From NCBI GenBank assembly GCA_016927595.1, contig JAFGMI010000017.1, positions 537 to 64,536 on the forward strand: a DNA stretch of 64,000 nt, written 5' to 3'. The notes below the pieces were generated by a model, which was not told where the DNA came from, ran no database searches, and saw only the letters and a list, made by a program, of their open reading frames with translations. The DNA is from Melioribacteraceae bacterium (GTDB lineage: Bacteria > Bacteroidota > Ignavibacteria > Ignavibacteriales > Melioribacteraceae). Of the stretch, positions 18,197 through 28,148 are shown piece by piece. Numbering within the stretch: position 1 is the stretch's first letter; each line of letters opens with the position of its first letter. Both the position numbers and the translations under genes were made by a program.

Positions 18197-19474
18197 CTAA
18201 TTAATATGCTTCGAAATTTCCCTGATAATCCGTTCGGTGGCGCCGGTATTCTGAAGAACATAATTTTTAGCACGTTCACCGATCTCTTTTCTCCTGGAAT
18301 CATTCATCATTAAATTACGAAGTACACGGTAGGCTTCTTTTTTGTTTCTTACAATTATACCCCCGTTTCCCTTTGATAAATGAACAGCTTCCTGACTGCT
18401 CTCAATTTTCGGACCGAATAGTACCGGCGGACCATAAACAGCCGGTTCGAGAACATTGTGTATTTTCTTGAAACTGCCGCCAACATATGTTACATCGGCA
18501 TAATAATAGAGTGTAAGCAGAATACCGATCGAATCGATAATAATTATATTCTGATCTGTATAATTATTGAGGAACGAAAATCTGATGAACTTTGCTTTTC
18601 CTGTAAGCGTGTTTTCGATTTTCTCAAGATGGAGTATAGTAGGTTCGTGCGGAGCTATTATCATTATTACAGACGGATCGAATTTCAGAAGCTTGAGGAA
18701 TGCGGGAATAATAACGTCTTCGTCCGGTTCCCATGAACTTCCGAATACAAAAACTTTTTTGTTATCGAAGAAGCCGTCGGCAAACAGTTTCTTTTGACGC
18801 GCCTGCAAACTTTTCATATAAACACGGTCGAAACGTGTATCACCTACAACCTTTAGTTTAGAGTCGTCTATTGCAAAGTCCCTGAAATTAATCAAGTCGG
18901 TCTCCGAGACGGTTAAAATCTTAGTGAAATATTTATACACATAAGTATGAAACTGTTTAATCACAGGAAGTTTACGGTTTGAATTGCTGCGCATAGTTGC
19001 TGCGGCAATAAAGCACGGAATATTTTTTTCGTATAAGGATTTAACCAGGTTCGGCCATATATCATATCTCATTAAAACAAGAATGGCGGGATTTGCCGCT
19101 TCAATAAATTTCACTACATTTTTCTTCCTGTCGAAAGGCAGATACGAAATAATATCGGCGTAAGGATATTTTAGAGAATTTTTCAGTCCCGAAGGGGAAA
19201 AGAAGGTTACAAGTATATTAACATCGTAGTCTTCTTTAATTCTTTGTATAATAGGTTTCGCCTGTTCAAACTCGCCCAGAGAAGATGAATGGAACCAAAC
19301 CAGTTTTTTTGTTCTATCAATCTTTTCAAGTCCATCAACCAGATTTGTAAAAAGATTTTTTCTTCCATTAAGTCCGGTTTTTATTTTACCGTCAAATTTT
19401 GATACAACCAGGATTATCAGGTATAGAAGAGGAAGAAAAATAAAATTATAAATAAAGAATAGTACTCTACTCAT
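18197..19474 (-). CDS. waaA: 3-deoxy-D-manno-octulosonic acid (Kdo) transferase
   Basis: N-terminal TM, then the VWFHSSSLGEFEQAKPII motif typical of KdtA/WaaA. 425 aa. Confidence 0.9.
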   Translation of the reverse strand: MSRVLFFIYNFIFLPLLYLIILVVSKFDGKIKTGLNGRKNLFTNLVDGLEKIDRTKKLVWFHSSSLGEFEQAKPIIQRIKEDYDVNILVTFFSPSGLKNSLKYPYADIISYLPFDRKKNVVKFIEAANPAILVLMRYDIWPNLVKSLYEKNIPCFIAAATMRSNSNRKLPVIKQFHTYVYKYFTKILTVSETDLINFRDFAIDDSKLKVVGDTRFDRVYMKSLQARQKKLFADGFFDNKKVFVFGSSWEPDEDVIIPAFLKLLKFDPSVIMIIAPHEPTILHLEKIENTLTGKAKFIRFSFLNNYTDQNIIIIDSIGILLTLYYYADVTYVGGSFKKIHNVLEPAVYGPPVLFGPKIESSQEAVHLSKGNGGIIVRNKKEAYRVLRNLMMNDSRRKEIGERAKNYVLQNTGATERIIREISKHIN

Positions 19475-20456
19475 TACCTTTCACGAATTTAAGAGTCTGC
19501 TCCAGCACAATTTCCGGAGTAATCTGCTTCATACAATTAAAATGTTTTTTAGGACAATCACTACGCCCGATATGACTGCAAGGTCTGCAAGATAATGAAT
19601 TATTCTCCAAAACTAAATTTTTAACTTTATAGGGGAAGAAACCGAACTCCTTAACAGTTGAACCGAATATAGCAACAACAGGAACGGTTAAAGCCGAGGC
19701 TAAATGCATTAAACCGGAATCGTTACATATAACAGCCCTGCATTCCAGAATATTTTCTGCGGTTTTTATAAGATCGTTGTCGGTACATTTATTCACCGAG
19801 CCCTTAATCTGCTCATTTAGCAATCGGCAGACCGGCATGTCATCCCTGCCCCCGAGAAGGTTTACTTTAAACCCTCTTTCAACAAGTTTATTCCCTAATT
19901 CCGCAAAGTATTCAACAGGATACATTTTAGTAAAATGTTTGGACCCCGGACATATTCCCATCACCCTGTTATCTTTATGAGGGGGAATAAAATCTTGATT
20001 AAAGAAGAACTCGGGACCTTTGTTATCCAGCATTAATCCTGGGATAGTATCGGCATAAATTCCGGGGATTGACCTTACTTTTTTAAACAGGTTTATTTTA
20101 AGATTCACAAGCAGGAATTTTTTAACTGTAGGCTTACTGATCTTTAAGATCTTTGCACTCAAATTTTTCACCAGTCGGCGACTTCTGAAATTATTGTGAA
20201 GATCTATTACCAGGTCGTAATTTTCCCTGACAAGTGTATCGGTAAAATCCGTATTGTCTTGATACTCAATTACCTTTCTGATATTCGGATTGAACTTAAT
20301 TGTTTCTGTAAACCCCGGTTTCGTACAAAAGTCTATTATCCAACCGGGATCCATATCTTTCAAAGCCCTCAGAACCGGGGTAGTGAGCAAAACGTCGCCG
20401 AGTGAACTGAGTCGAATAACCAGTACCTTATTTGCCTTTATAGTTTTCAAGCGCAT
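19467..20456 (-). CDS. glycosyltransferase family 9 (LPS heptosyltransferase-like)
   Basis: KVLVIRLSSLGDVLLTTPVLRALK is the N-terminal GT9 signature, with DSGLMHLA later. The ATG at 20456 is preferred over the TTG at 20507. The gene overlaps waaA by 8 nt, which suggests an operon. Confidence 0.8.
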   Translation of the reverse strand: MRLKTIKANKVLVIRLSSLGDVLLTTPVLRALKDMDPGWIIDFCTKPGFTETIKFNPNIRKVIEYQDNTDFTDTLVRENYDLVIDLHNNFRSRRLVKNLSAKILKISKPTVKKFLLVNLKINLFKKVRSIPGIYADTIPGLMLDNKGPEFFFNQDFIPPHKDNRVMGICPGSKHFTKMYPVEYFAELGNKLVERGFKVNLLGGRDDMPVCRLLNEQIKGSVNKCTDNDLIKTAENILECRAVICNDSGLMHLASALTVPVVAIFGSTVKEFGFFPYKVKNLVLENNSLSCRPCSHIGRSDCPKKHFNCMKQITPEIVLEQTLKFVKGNE

Positions 20457-20583
20457 AATTTTTAATAAAAACAAGTCTAATTTATCTATTCCGTGCAAGC
20501 TATCCAATCTTTGTGTTTGTAGTTACAATCATTCTTTTATAATTTTGGTAAGAATTTATACTAAAAAATCTAAGAGTAATTTT

Positions 20584-20850
20584 ATGTCCACATCACCTCC
20601 ACCAAAGGTTAAAAAAGCTGCTGATAATTCGCTCGAAAAACAGGTGTACGATTTAGTTGAGTTATTCAAGGATAACATCCCCGTGTCAAACGACAGGTAC
20701 AGATTCAGCTATAATTTATTTAAATATATGACCGGCGAAGGGGACCCTCCGGAGATACTGATCAAATCGACCAAGATTGAAATTGAGGGGATTGAAAAAG
20801 GCGAGCTTGCAGCTAAAATAAACGAAGAGCTCGGCAAGATTAAAAAGTAA
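20584..20850 (+). CDS. small hypothetical protein (88 aa)
   Basis: This is the part of track ORF 20290..20850 downstream of the ATG at 20584 (MSTSPPPKVKKAADNS...). The upstream part is antisense to the GT9 gene. No family recognised. Confidence 0.45.
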   Translation: MSTSPPPKVKKAADNSLEKQVYDLVELFKDNIPVSNDRYRFSYNLFKYMTGEGDPPEILIKSTKIEIEGIEKGELAAKINEELGKIKK

Positions 20851-20874
20851 ATGATATACCAATCTTTTTGTATT

Positions 20875-20920
20875 TAAAAAATCCCTCATCCTGAGCGTAG
20901 TCGAAGGAGAGGGATATCTT
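20875..20920. terminator. A-tract / hairpin / T-rich: putative bidirectional terminator
   Basis: The ATCCCTC (20881-20887) / GAGGGAT (20909-20915) stem has further imperfect inner pairing. It is preceded by AAAAAA and followed by ATCTTT. Confidence 0.4.
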
Positions 20921-21092
20921 TAATGGACTTTCCTGATATTTTACTACTCTCTGTTAAATTAGTTGATTCCACACCTTACATTGAATTTATCGACTTTAAA
21001 TCGATTAAGATATAATATGAACTAATTCTAAATGTAAGGTTACTAAAATGTAAATCCTTCGTGATTTGGGATAAGTGAATTTACTGATCAAA

Positions 21093-21119
21093 GCAGAGAC
21101 GCAAAAGTTGCGTCTCTGC
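21093..21119 (-). terminator. hairpin terminator downstream of fba
   Basis: Perfect 11-bp stem GCAGAGACGCA (21093-21103) / TGCGTCTCTGC (21109-21119) with a 5-nt loop. On the minus strand it is followed by TTTG. It lies 14 nt past the fba stop. Confidence 0.6.
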
Positions 21120-21132
21120 GTATTATAAGCAA

Positions 21133-22164
21133 TTACACACCCAGGCTCGTATCTTTAGCTTTAAGATCTTCAACAGCCTGGATAACACGTTTCTTCATAC
21201 CTTCCTCGGCAGCTTTCAGATAACCGCGCGGATCGTATTTCTTCTTGTTGCCGACTTCACCTTCAACTTTTAGTACTTCATCATAATTTCTGAACATGTG
21301 ATCGACTATAGGACGTGTAAACGCGTATTGTGTATCGGTATCTACATTCATTTTTACAACACCGTACTCAAGTGTTTCATGTATTTCTTCAATTGATGAG
21401 CCGCTTCCACCGTGGAATACCAGATCGAAACTGGCAGCTTCACCATACTTGGCAACAACTGCAACCTGACCTTCTTTTAGAATAGATGGTTTCAATTTAA
21501 CGTTACCCGGTTTGTAAACTCCATGCACGTTGCCGAATGTTGCAGCGAACATATATCTGGCGTCTTTTACTGATGATAGTCTTTCATACACATAAAGCAT
21601 ATCCTCGGGTGTAGTATAAAGTTTTGCTGCAGGCGCGTTCTCGTTGCTTACACCATCTTCCTCACCGCCTACTACGCCGGCTTCAACTTCTAGAATTATA
21701 CCGAGTTCTTTGCACTCTTTCAGCAGTTCCACTGCGATATCCATATTCTTATCCAGAGGAAGTTCACTTCCGTCGAACATATGAGAATTGAATAATGGTA
21801 TTAATCCTTGTGAAACTCTTTTCTTCGATTCTTCCAGAAGCGGACGGATGAATGTGTCAACTTTGCCGGGCTGGCAATGATCCGTATGCAGCGCAACGTT
21901 GATATTATATCTTTCCGCCACTAAATGTATGTGGTTGGCTATTGATATGGCTCCAAGCGCCATATCTTTAAGTATCATCCCCGATGCGAATTGACCGCCC
22001 CCTGTACTAACCTGAATAATACCATCGGAATTTGTTTCAGCGAATGCTTCAAGGCATGCGTTGGCTGTTATTTCTGACGTTACGTTGATTGCAGGATATG
22101 CGAATTTATTCTTCTTAGCATTGTCCAGCATCTCGCAATATTTCTCATAATTTACTACCGGCAT
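21133..22164 (-). CDS. fba: class II fructose-bisphosphate aldolase
   Basis: 343 aa with ALHTDHC, GEEDGV and FHGGSGS motifs. Confidence 0.95.
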   Translation of the reverse strand: MPVVNYEKYCEMLDNAKKNKFAYPAINVTSEITANACLEAFAETNSDGIIQVSTGGGQFASGMILKDMALGAISIANHIHLVAERYNINVALHTDHCQPGKVDTFIRPLLEESKKRVSQGLIPLFNSHMFDGSELPLDKNMDIAVELLKECKELGIILEVEAGVVGGEEDGVSNENAPAAKLYTTPEDMLYVYERLSSVKDARYMFAATFGNVHGVYKPGNVKLKPSILKEGQVAVVAKYGEAASFDLVFHGGSGSSIEEIHETLEYGVVKMNVDTDTQYAFTRPIVDHMFRNYDEVLKVEGEVGNKKKYDPRGYLKAAEEGMKKRVIQAVEDLKAKDTSLGV

Positions 22165-22286
22165 AAAACATCTCCTTTTCAGTTATTTTATAAGAGTAAA
22201 ATTTTTATCGGAATTTTAAGAATAAAGTTAGCTAAATTAAATTTGCGTTTCAATTTACAATGAATCGTAAATATAAAATTGTGCAA

Positions 22287-22294
22287 TATTTTTG
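22287..22294 (+). promoter_or_regulatory. TAnnTTTG (-7-like box of Bacteroidota-type promoters), candidate promoter of the HAD gene
   Basis: TATTTTTG at 22287-22294, about 50 nt upstream of the ATG at 22345. This is a motif match only, and it is unproven that this lineage uses such promoters. Confidence 0.25.
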
Positions 22295-22344
22295 ATAAAT
22301 TTTAACTGATATTTATTTTATTCATACTCTCTCTCTGAAATCTT

Positions 22345-23031
22345 ATGAATAATAATTCAAACGGACGTATTAAACTTGTTGTATTCGACCTCGACGGCAC
22401 ACTTACAAAATCCGATAAATCAATTTTGAAATCTATGCGGTATGCACTGGATAAAATGGGCATCGACGATGATATTGATATCCCTAAGTTTCAGGACTTA
22501 ATCGGACACCATTTCAGGGATATTTTTTCGGGACTGGGAATTGATGTCCCCGATCTTGCAAGTTTTATAAATGAATATAAGACGGCATATAAAGTATTTA
22601 TTTCCGAGTCCAGGCTTTATGAAGGGGTTCTGGACATACTCTCATGGCTGAAAAATGAAAATTATAAAACAGCGCTGCTGACTACAAAGCTGCAGGATCA
22701 GGCAGATGTTATTATAGATCATTTTCAGCTCAGGGATTATTTTGATTCTGTTGTGGGAAGGCGGGAAGGTGTTGCCCATAAACCGGCTCCGGATCAATAC
22801 CTGATGATTTGTAAGGAACTTTCTGTAGATCCGGTGAACTCGCTAATGGTAGGAGACACCGAGCTGGATATTAGATGCGGTAAAAACGCCTCTGCTTTAA
22901 CTTGCGCTGTATCATTCGGATTCAGAAAACTGGAAGAAATTGAAAAAGAGAATCCCGATTATATCATACATCAAATGATTCATTTAAAAAATGTTTTGAA
23001 ACTACATAACGGTCACAAAAATGAAAAATGA
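22345..23031 (+). CDS. HAD-superfamily hydrolase (phosphoglycolate phosphatase-like)
   Basis: VVFDLDGTL motif I, LTTK motif II, GDTELD motif IV. Confidence 0.8.
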   Translation: MNNNSNGRIKLVVFDLDGTLTKSDKSILKSMRYALDKMGIDDDIDIPKFQDLIGHHFRDIFSGLGIDVPDLASFINEYKTAYKVFISESRLYEGVLDILSWLKNENYKTALLTTKLQDQADVIIDHFQLRDYFDSVVGRREGVAHKPAPDQYLMICKELSVDPVNSLMVGDTELDIRCGKNASALTCAVSFGFRKLEEIEKENPDYIIHQMIHLKNVLKLHNGHKNEK

Positions 23032-23785
23032 CGGCTATGTTAAATATGAAGCAAATGGACATAAAGCAGTGATAACATTTTTTCATTCTAAAGGAAACTC
23101 TTTACCATTATGCCTTTTGGATGAATTAACAAAAGCTTTTAATAAAGCTGCTGCTGCTGAGAATGTTTCAGTGGTTTTGCTGAGAAGCGAAGGGGAATCA
23201 AGTTTTTGTGCCGGAGCGTCATTCGATGAACTTCTTGCAATCAACAATCTTGAAATCGGTAAGAAGTTTTTTAGTGGATTTGCGAACCTTCTTAACTCGA
23301 TTCGTAAATGTTCTAAGTTTGTTATTGCTCGCGTACAGGGAAAGGCTGTCGGCGGTGGAGTAGGTTTAATAGCCTGCTGCGATTATGCAATGGCATTAAA
23401 AAGCTCGGCTGTAAAACTTAGTGAGCTTGCCGTCGGAATAGGTCCTTTTGTTATTGCCCCTGCAATTGAACGGAAAGTCGGCAAGGAAACGCTAAGTGCA
23501 ATGACCATAAATTTTGAATGGAGATCTGCCGAATGGGCTTATAATAAAGGCTTGTACGATGATATATTTAATTCTATTGAGGAACTTGATAAAGAAATTG
23601 AAGCGCTTGTTACCAGGCTGTCTGATTCAAATCCCGCTGCAATTAAAGAGTTGAAGAGAATTTTTTGGGAAGGGACGGAAAACTGGGATGATCTGCTTGA
23701 AGAAAGGGCTGAAATCAGCGGGAGACTGGTGCTGTCAGCTCATACAAAGAAATATATTGATGCTTTTAGAAAAAAGAGTAAGTAA
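23021..23785 (+). CDS. enoyl-CoA hydratase/isomerase (crotonase) family protein
   Basis: FCAGASFDEL and GKAVGGGVGL oxyanion-hole segments. It overlaps the HAD gene by 11 nt. Confidence 0.8.
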   Translation: MKNDGYVKYEANGHKAVITFFHSKGNSLPLCLLDELTKAFNKAAAAENVSVVLLRSEGESSFCAGASFDELLAINNLEIGKKFFSGFANLLNSIRKCSKFVIARVQGKAVGGGVGLIACCDYAMALKSSAVKLSELAVGIGPFVIAPAIERKVGKETLSAMTINFEWRSAEWAYNKGLYDDIFNSIEELDKEIEALVTRLSDSNPAAIKELKRIFWEGTENWDDLLEERAEISGRLVLSAHTKKYIDAFRKKSK

Positions 23786-23797
23786 TCATATATCATT

Positions 23798-24556
23798 ATG
23801 AAGAAAGTTCATTTCCGGTTTTATGAGGAGTTGAACGACTTCCTCCCTAAGAAGTATAAAAAAAAAGATATCGAACATACATTCTATGGCCTTGTGTCTA
23901 TTAAAGATATGATTCAATCCTTTAATGTTCCTCACACGGAAGTTGATCTTATTCTGATAAACGGGCAGTCAGTCGGTTTTAATTATCTGGTTAATGACGG
24001 CGATCGTATTAGCGTGTATCCGGAATATGAATCCTTTGATATTTCAAGTGTGCAGAAATTACGACCTAAACCGATGCGCAGACCCAGGTTTGTTCTTGAC
24101 GTCCACCTTGGAAAACTTGCCAGACTTATGAGGATGCTCGGTTTCGATGTATTTTACGAAAACTATCTGACGGATGAACAGATTTCTGATATAGCAAAGA
24201 AAGAAAAACGCTGCGTGTTAACACGGGATGTTGGCATATTAAAACGTACCGAAGTTGAAAGAGGTTACTGGCTGCGAAATACCGATCCCGATTTGCAGAT
24301 AGTTGAAGTAATTGATCGTTTTCACCTTACGGGTAGTATTAAGGAATTCACCAGATGTATCAGCTGTAACGGGAAACTACTGGAAATTGATAAGGAATTG
24401 ATAAAAGATGAGGTGCCTCAAAAGGTTTTGGATCAGTATAATTTGTTTTATTATTGCAGAGACTGCGGCAAGATTTACTGGAAAGGGAGCCATTATTTTG
24501 ATATGATCAAAAATGTGAATGATATAAAAGAAAAGTTACGAAAGGGAACTTCCTGA
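23798..24556 (+). CDS. Mut7-C RNase (PIN-like) protein with N-terminal beta-grasp/ubiquitin-like domain and C-terminal Zn ribbon
   Basis: RFVLDVHLGKLARLMRMLGFD...LTRD core, C-terminal CISCNG...CRDCGKIYWKGSH, and an N-terminal ~85-aa ThiS/MoaD-like segment. Confidence 0.75.
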   Translation: MKKVHFRFYEELNDFLPKKYKKKDIEHTFYGLVSIKDMIQSFNVPHTEVDLILINGQSVGFNYLVNDGDRISVYPEYESFDISSVQKLRPKPMRRPRFVLDVHLGKLARLMRMLGFDVFYENYLTDEQISDIAKKEKRCVLTRDVGILKRTEVERGYWLRNTDPDLQIVEVIDRFHLTGSIKEFTRCISCNGKLLEIDKELIKDEVPQKVLDQYNLFYYCRDCGKIYWKGSHYFDMIKNVNDIKEKLRKGTS

Positions 24557-24610
24557 TGAGAATATTTGTCTTAATTCAAAATTGTTAATTATTCACTATA
24601 GATTTTATTA

Positions 24611-25849
24611 ATGTCGTTTGAACTACGGATAGCAATTGTAATCATATTAACCTTTATTCTCGAATTCTATTTCTACAGGAAATTATTTAATTCTATTAAA
24701 TTCCTGTTCGGTTTCGATTTCCAAAAGAACAAGAGATTAATTTTTCTAATTTTATTTCCTCTTAATTTTTATCTGATACTGATTATTGTTTATTCGTTAT
24801 TTTCCTGGATAAACGGTGAAAGATTCAGATTTATTATCGAAAATAATCTCTGGGATTATTTTGTTTTATATCCATTCTGGATTTCGATATTTATAATTAT
24901 CCAATCGTTTTTTATTCTTCTGCCCTGGGACATTTTCCGCATAATTTTAAACTTAATTCCTCGTGTAAATAAAAATCTTTTGCTGAAGATTAATTATACC
25001 ATAAGCTTTATTGCAATGTTTTTTTTCATAATATATGTCCCTTTTCGTGTGATATATGATTATAAAGCTGTTGAGGTCAGAAAGGTTGAATTACAAATGA
25101 ATAATATGCCTGCTGCATTGAAAGATTTTAAAATTGCTTTTATTTCAGATGTACAGGCGGATTGGTATACCAACGATTCTCGGCTTCAGAATTACGTTAA
25201 TAAAGTTAACGAAACCGAGCCCGATCTCGTATTAATAGCCGGAGATATAATTACCGGGACACCGGACTACATAGAGAAGAGTGCGCAATTTCTCGGTAAA
25301 CTTCGGGCAGATTACGGAATATTTACCTGCGTCGGAGATCACGATAACTGGGCATACCGACCGGATATTTACAGAAGCAGATCGGAAATTACAAATGCGT
25401 TACAAAAATATAACGTGGAAATGATAGATAATGATACCCGCTTTATTAAGGTTGATTCTGTCCAAATCGGGATATCCTTCATAACTGAATCCTATTCCGA
25501 CAGGATAAGCGGCAAACTGCTCGACAGCCTTACAGCTTCCGTTAATACTGCCGATTTAAGAATACTTTTAACTCACCAGCCTACAAACAGAATAATTGAA
25601 AAGGCTCTTGTAAACAATATAGATCTCATGCTCGCTGGTCATACTCATGGCGGACAGGTTACGTTTCTGTTCCCTTTCATTAACCTGACTCCCACTTTAT
25701 TCGAAACAATTCACGTGAAAGGCGACTTTTTCTACGATAACATGATGTTGATAGTAAACAGAGGTCTCGGAATGTCACTGGTGCCTTTGAGATATAATTC
25801 AACACCGGAAATTACTCTAATTGAAATAGTTTCAACTTATGAGAAATGA
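24611..25849 (+). CDS. membrane-anchored metallophosphoesterase (YkuE-like)
   Basis: About 150-aa N-terminal multi-TM region, then the calcineurin-like motifs ISDVQAD, GDIITG, GDHDNW, LTHQP and GHTHGGQ. Confidence 0.8.
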   Translation: MSFELRIAIVIILTFILEFYFYRKLFNSIKFLFGFDFQKNKRLIFLILFPLNFYLILIIVYSLFSWINGERFRFIIENNLWDYFVLYPFWISIFIIIQSFFILLPWDIFRIILNLIPRVNKNLLLKINYTISFIAMFFFIIYVPFRVIYDYKAVEVRKVELQMNNMPAALKDFKIAFISDVQADWYTNDSRLQNYVNKVNETEPDLVLIAGDIITGTPDYIEKSAQFLGKLRADYGIFTCVGDHDNWAYRPDIYRSRSEITNALQKYNVEMIDNDTRFIKVDSVQIGISFITESYSDRISGKLLDSLTASVNTADLRILLTHQPTNRIIEKALVNNIDLMLAGHTHGGQVTFLFPFINLTPTLFETIHVKGDFFYDNMMLIVNRGLGMSLVPLRYNSTPEITLIEIVSTYEK

Positions 25850-25903
25850 ACTTAGTGAAAATAATAACGTCTAATAACAGCTAATCATGGTTAAATTGTG
25901 TTG

Positions 25904-27808
25904 ATGATTAAGTTAAATATTAAAAAAATTATAACCCGTTTATTGCTCATATTTTTACTGTTCTCCTGCAGCCCTGCCGAGAAAGAAGCTCCCAGAATTT
26001 CAACCAGGGATTTTTTCAGAAACCCTGAACAGACATCTTTCAAACTTTCTCCCAACGGCGAATACATATCCTTTCTCAAACCATATCAAAACCGTATGAA
26101 CCTTTTTGTAATGAGGATGGGTGAAAAGGATACTATTCAACTAACATCTTTTGAAGACAGGGGCATTGAAATGCATTTCTGGGTCAGTGATTCAAATGTG
26201 GTTTTTGCCAAGGATAAAGACGGGGATGAAAATTACAAATTATTCTCGGTTAATTATGATGCAACCGGACTTACCCAGCTGACACCCGACGGAAACTACA
26301 GCGCATTGGTAATTGATCCGCTAATTGATGTTGACGATAGAATTATAATCCGTACAAATGAAAGAGACTCGAGAGTTTACGATGTGTACAGGGTTGATAT
26401 AAATAACGGATACAGGAAAATGATTGCAAAAAATCCTGGAAATATTTCAAGTTGGCTTACCGATCATAAAGGGAAATTAAGGGCGGCAGTAACTACAGAT
26501 GGAGTTAATACAGGTATTCTTTACCGAGACACTGAGGAAGAGGATTTCAGAATAGTGAAAGTAACCGACTTCAAGGAAATGCTTTACCCGGTCGCTTTCA
26601 CTTTCGATAATAAATTTCTTTATGCTATTTCGAATGTAAACAGAGACAGAAGTGCTCTTGTTAAATACGACCCTATTGAGAATAAAGAAATTGAAGAAAT
26701 ATTCGAGCATTATGAGGTTGATCTTGAGTATGCATATTTGTCGCGAAAGAAACAGAAAATTACAGCAGTAACTTATCAGGACTATAAGAGAGAATACGAA
26801 TTTTTGGATGATGAATGGTACGAAATTTATAAAAAAATAAAAACTATTGTACCTGACAGAGAAATATGGTTTGCAGGTATGAACAGAAATGAGGATAAGT
26901 TTTTAATCAGAACATACAACGACAGATCTATCGGAGAATATTATTATTACGATCATTACAGCGATGAGCTAACAAAGCTTGCGGATATTTCTCCCTGGCT
27001 TAATGAGAACGATTTAGCGCACATGAAACCAGTTTCATACAAATCGAGAGACGGGCTTACTATACATGGATATTTGACTCTGCCCCTGTATAAAACCCCC
27101 AAAAATCTTCCTGCAATAATCTTTCCTCATGGAGGACCCTGGACGAGAGACAAATGGGGTTTTGATAATGTTGTTCAGTTCTTCGCCAATCGCGGTTATG
27201 CCGTTTTGCAGATGAATTACAGGGGGTCTACCGGATACGGTAAAGAATTTATGCTTGCAGGATATAAAGAACTCGGCAATAAAATTCAGGATGATATTAC
27301 GGACGGTGTAGACTGGCTGATCAGGCAGGAGATTGCCCATCCGCAAAAGATATCTGTTTTCGGTATATCTTTCGGCGGATACTGTGCACTCCAGGGATTA
27401 GTGAAAACTCCGGAATTGTATTGTTGCGGTATAAGCAATGGCGGTCTGAATAATATACTCTATTTTATTGAATCTATGCCTTCCGAGTGGGAACCTTACA
27501 GAGAAATGTTGTATGAGATGTTTGGTAATCCGCTTACTGAACGTCAAGAATTAATTGAAATATCCCCCTATTTTAATCTCGAAAAAATTAAATCGCCGGT
27601 CTTTATTGCACAGGGCAAAAATGATAAACTGATTGACGTACCATCAACCGAAATTATGATCAGGAAAATGAAAAAGCTCGGTATCGAAGTTGAATATATG
27701 TTGAAGGAAAATGAGGGACATCTCTTCAAGAACGAAGAGAACATTATAGAGTTTTATGAACATGTGGAAAAGTTTCTTAATAAGCATATTACCCGCAGAG
27801 GCAGATAA
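25904..27808 (+). CDS. S9 family serine peptidase (prolyl oligopeptidase/dipeptidyl peptidase-like), lipoprotein
   Basis: Lipobox LLFSC, a beta-propeller-like N-half, and a C-terminal alpha/beta hydrolase with GISFGGY nucleophile elbow. The ATG at 25904 is used (the track start 25898 is a GTG). Confidence 0.85.
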   Translation: MIKLNIKKIITRLLLIFLLFSCSPAEKEAPRISTRDFFRNPEQTSFKLSPNGEYISFLKPYQNRMNLFVMRMGEKDTIQLTSFEDRGIEMHFWVSDSNVVFAKDKDGDENYKLFSVNYDATGLTQLTPDGNYSALVIDPLIDVDDRIIIRTNERDSRVYDVYRVDINNGYRKMIAKNPGNISSWLTDHKGKLRAAVTTDGVNTGILYRDTEEEDFRIVKVTDFKEMLYPVAFTFDNKFLYAISNVNRDRSALVKYDPIENKEIEEIFEHYEVDLEYAYLSRKKQKITAVTYQDYKREYEFLDDEWYEIYKKIKTIVPDREIWFAGMNRNEDKFLIRTYNDRSIGEYYYYDHYSDELTKLADISPWLNENDLAHMKPVSYKSRDGLTIHGYLTLPLYKTPKNLPAIIFPHGGPWTRDKWGFDNVVQFFANRGYAVLQMNYRGSTGYGKEFMLAGYKELGNKIQDDITDGVDWLIRQEIAHPQKISVFGISFGGYCALQGLVKTPELYCCGISNGGLNNILYFIESMPSEWEPYREMLYEMFGNPLTERQELIEISPYFNLEKIKSPVFIAQGKNDKLIDVPSTEIMIRKMKKLGIEVEYMLKENEGHLFKNEENIIEFYEHVEKFLNKHITRRGR

Positions 27809-28133
27809 AAATCATACTTGCAAAGTTCACCCGATAAAGAATTAATCTTATATTAACAATTCATTCCTTATTTTTAACCCTACAAATTTCTGAATACTTT
27901 TTTTATGAGTTTAATATTATTTATGTATAAATGTGAGAATTTGGGTAGGAGTCTTCGTGCTGTAATTAACCGCAGTATATTTTCCGGCGAGATGACAATA
28001 CTTACAGTATTGTCAAGTCTAATGATGAAATATTTTCCCGGATAACAGAAGAAACATTGTATTTACCGGCACGCATGAAACGTCTAATTTTACGGGGATA
28101 ATAAGTAATGATATTTTTTTGCAAAAAGTATAG

Positions 28134-28148
28134 TGATCTATGAGATCA
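28134..28148. promoter_or_regulatory. perfect inverted repeat TGATCT-ATG-AGATCA (candidate operator)
   Basis: Seen directly in the sequence. It lies ~80 nt upstream of the HAD gene start at 28229. Confidence 0.3.

Noticed and set aside
20290-20583. N-terminal 98 codons of the 186-aa track ORF 20290..20850
   Set aside because: This part is antisense to the GT9 glycosyltransferase gene. Only the portion after the ATG at 20584, in the intergenic space, is plausible.
27905-28045. 46-aa small ORF MSLILFMYKCENLGRSLRAVINRSIFSGEMTILTVLSSLMMKYFPG in the 420-bp spacer
   Set aside because: It has no ribosome-binding site and no recognisable peptide features. It spans the perfect hairpin and two of the direct repeats, which are more economically explained as RNA or DNA signals. 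It cannot be supported without conservation data.
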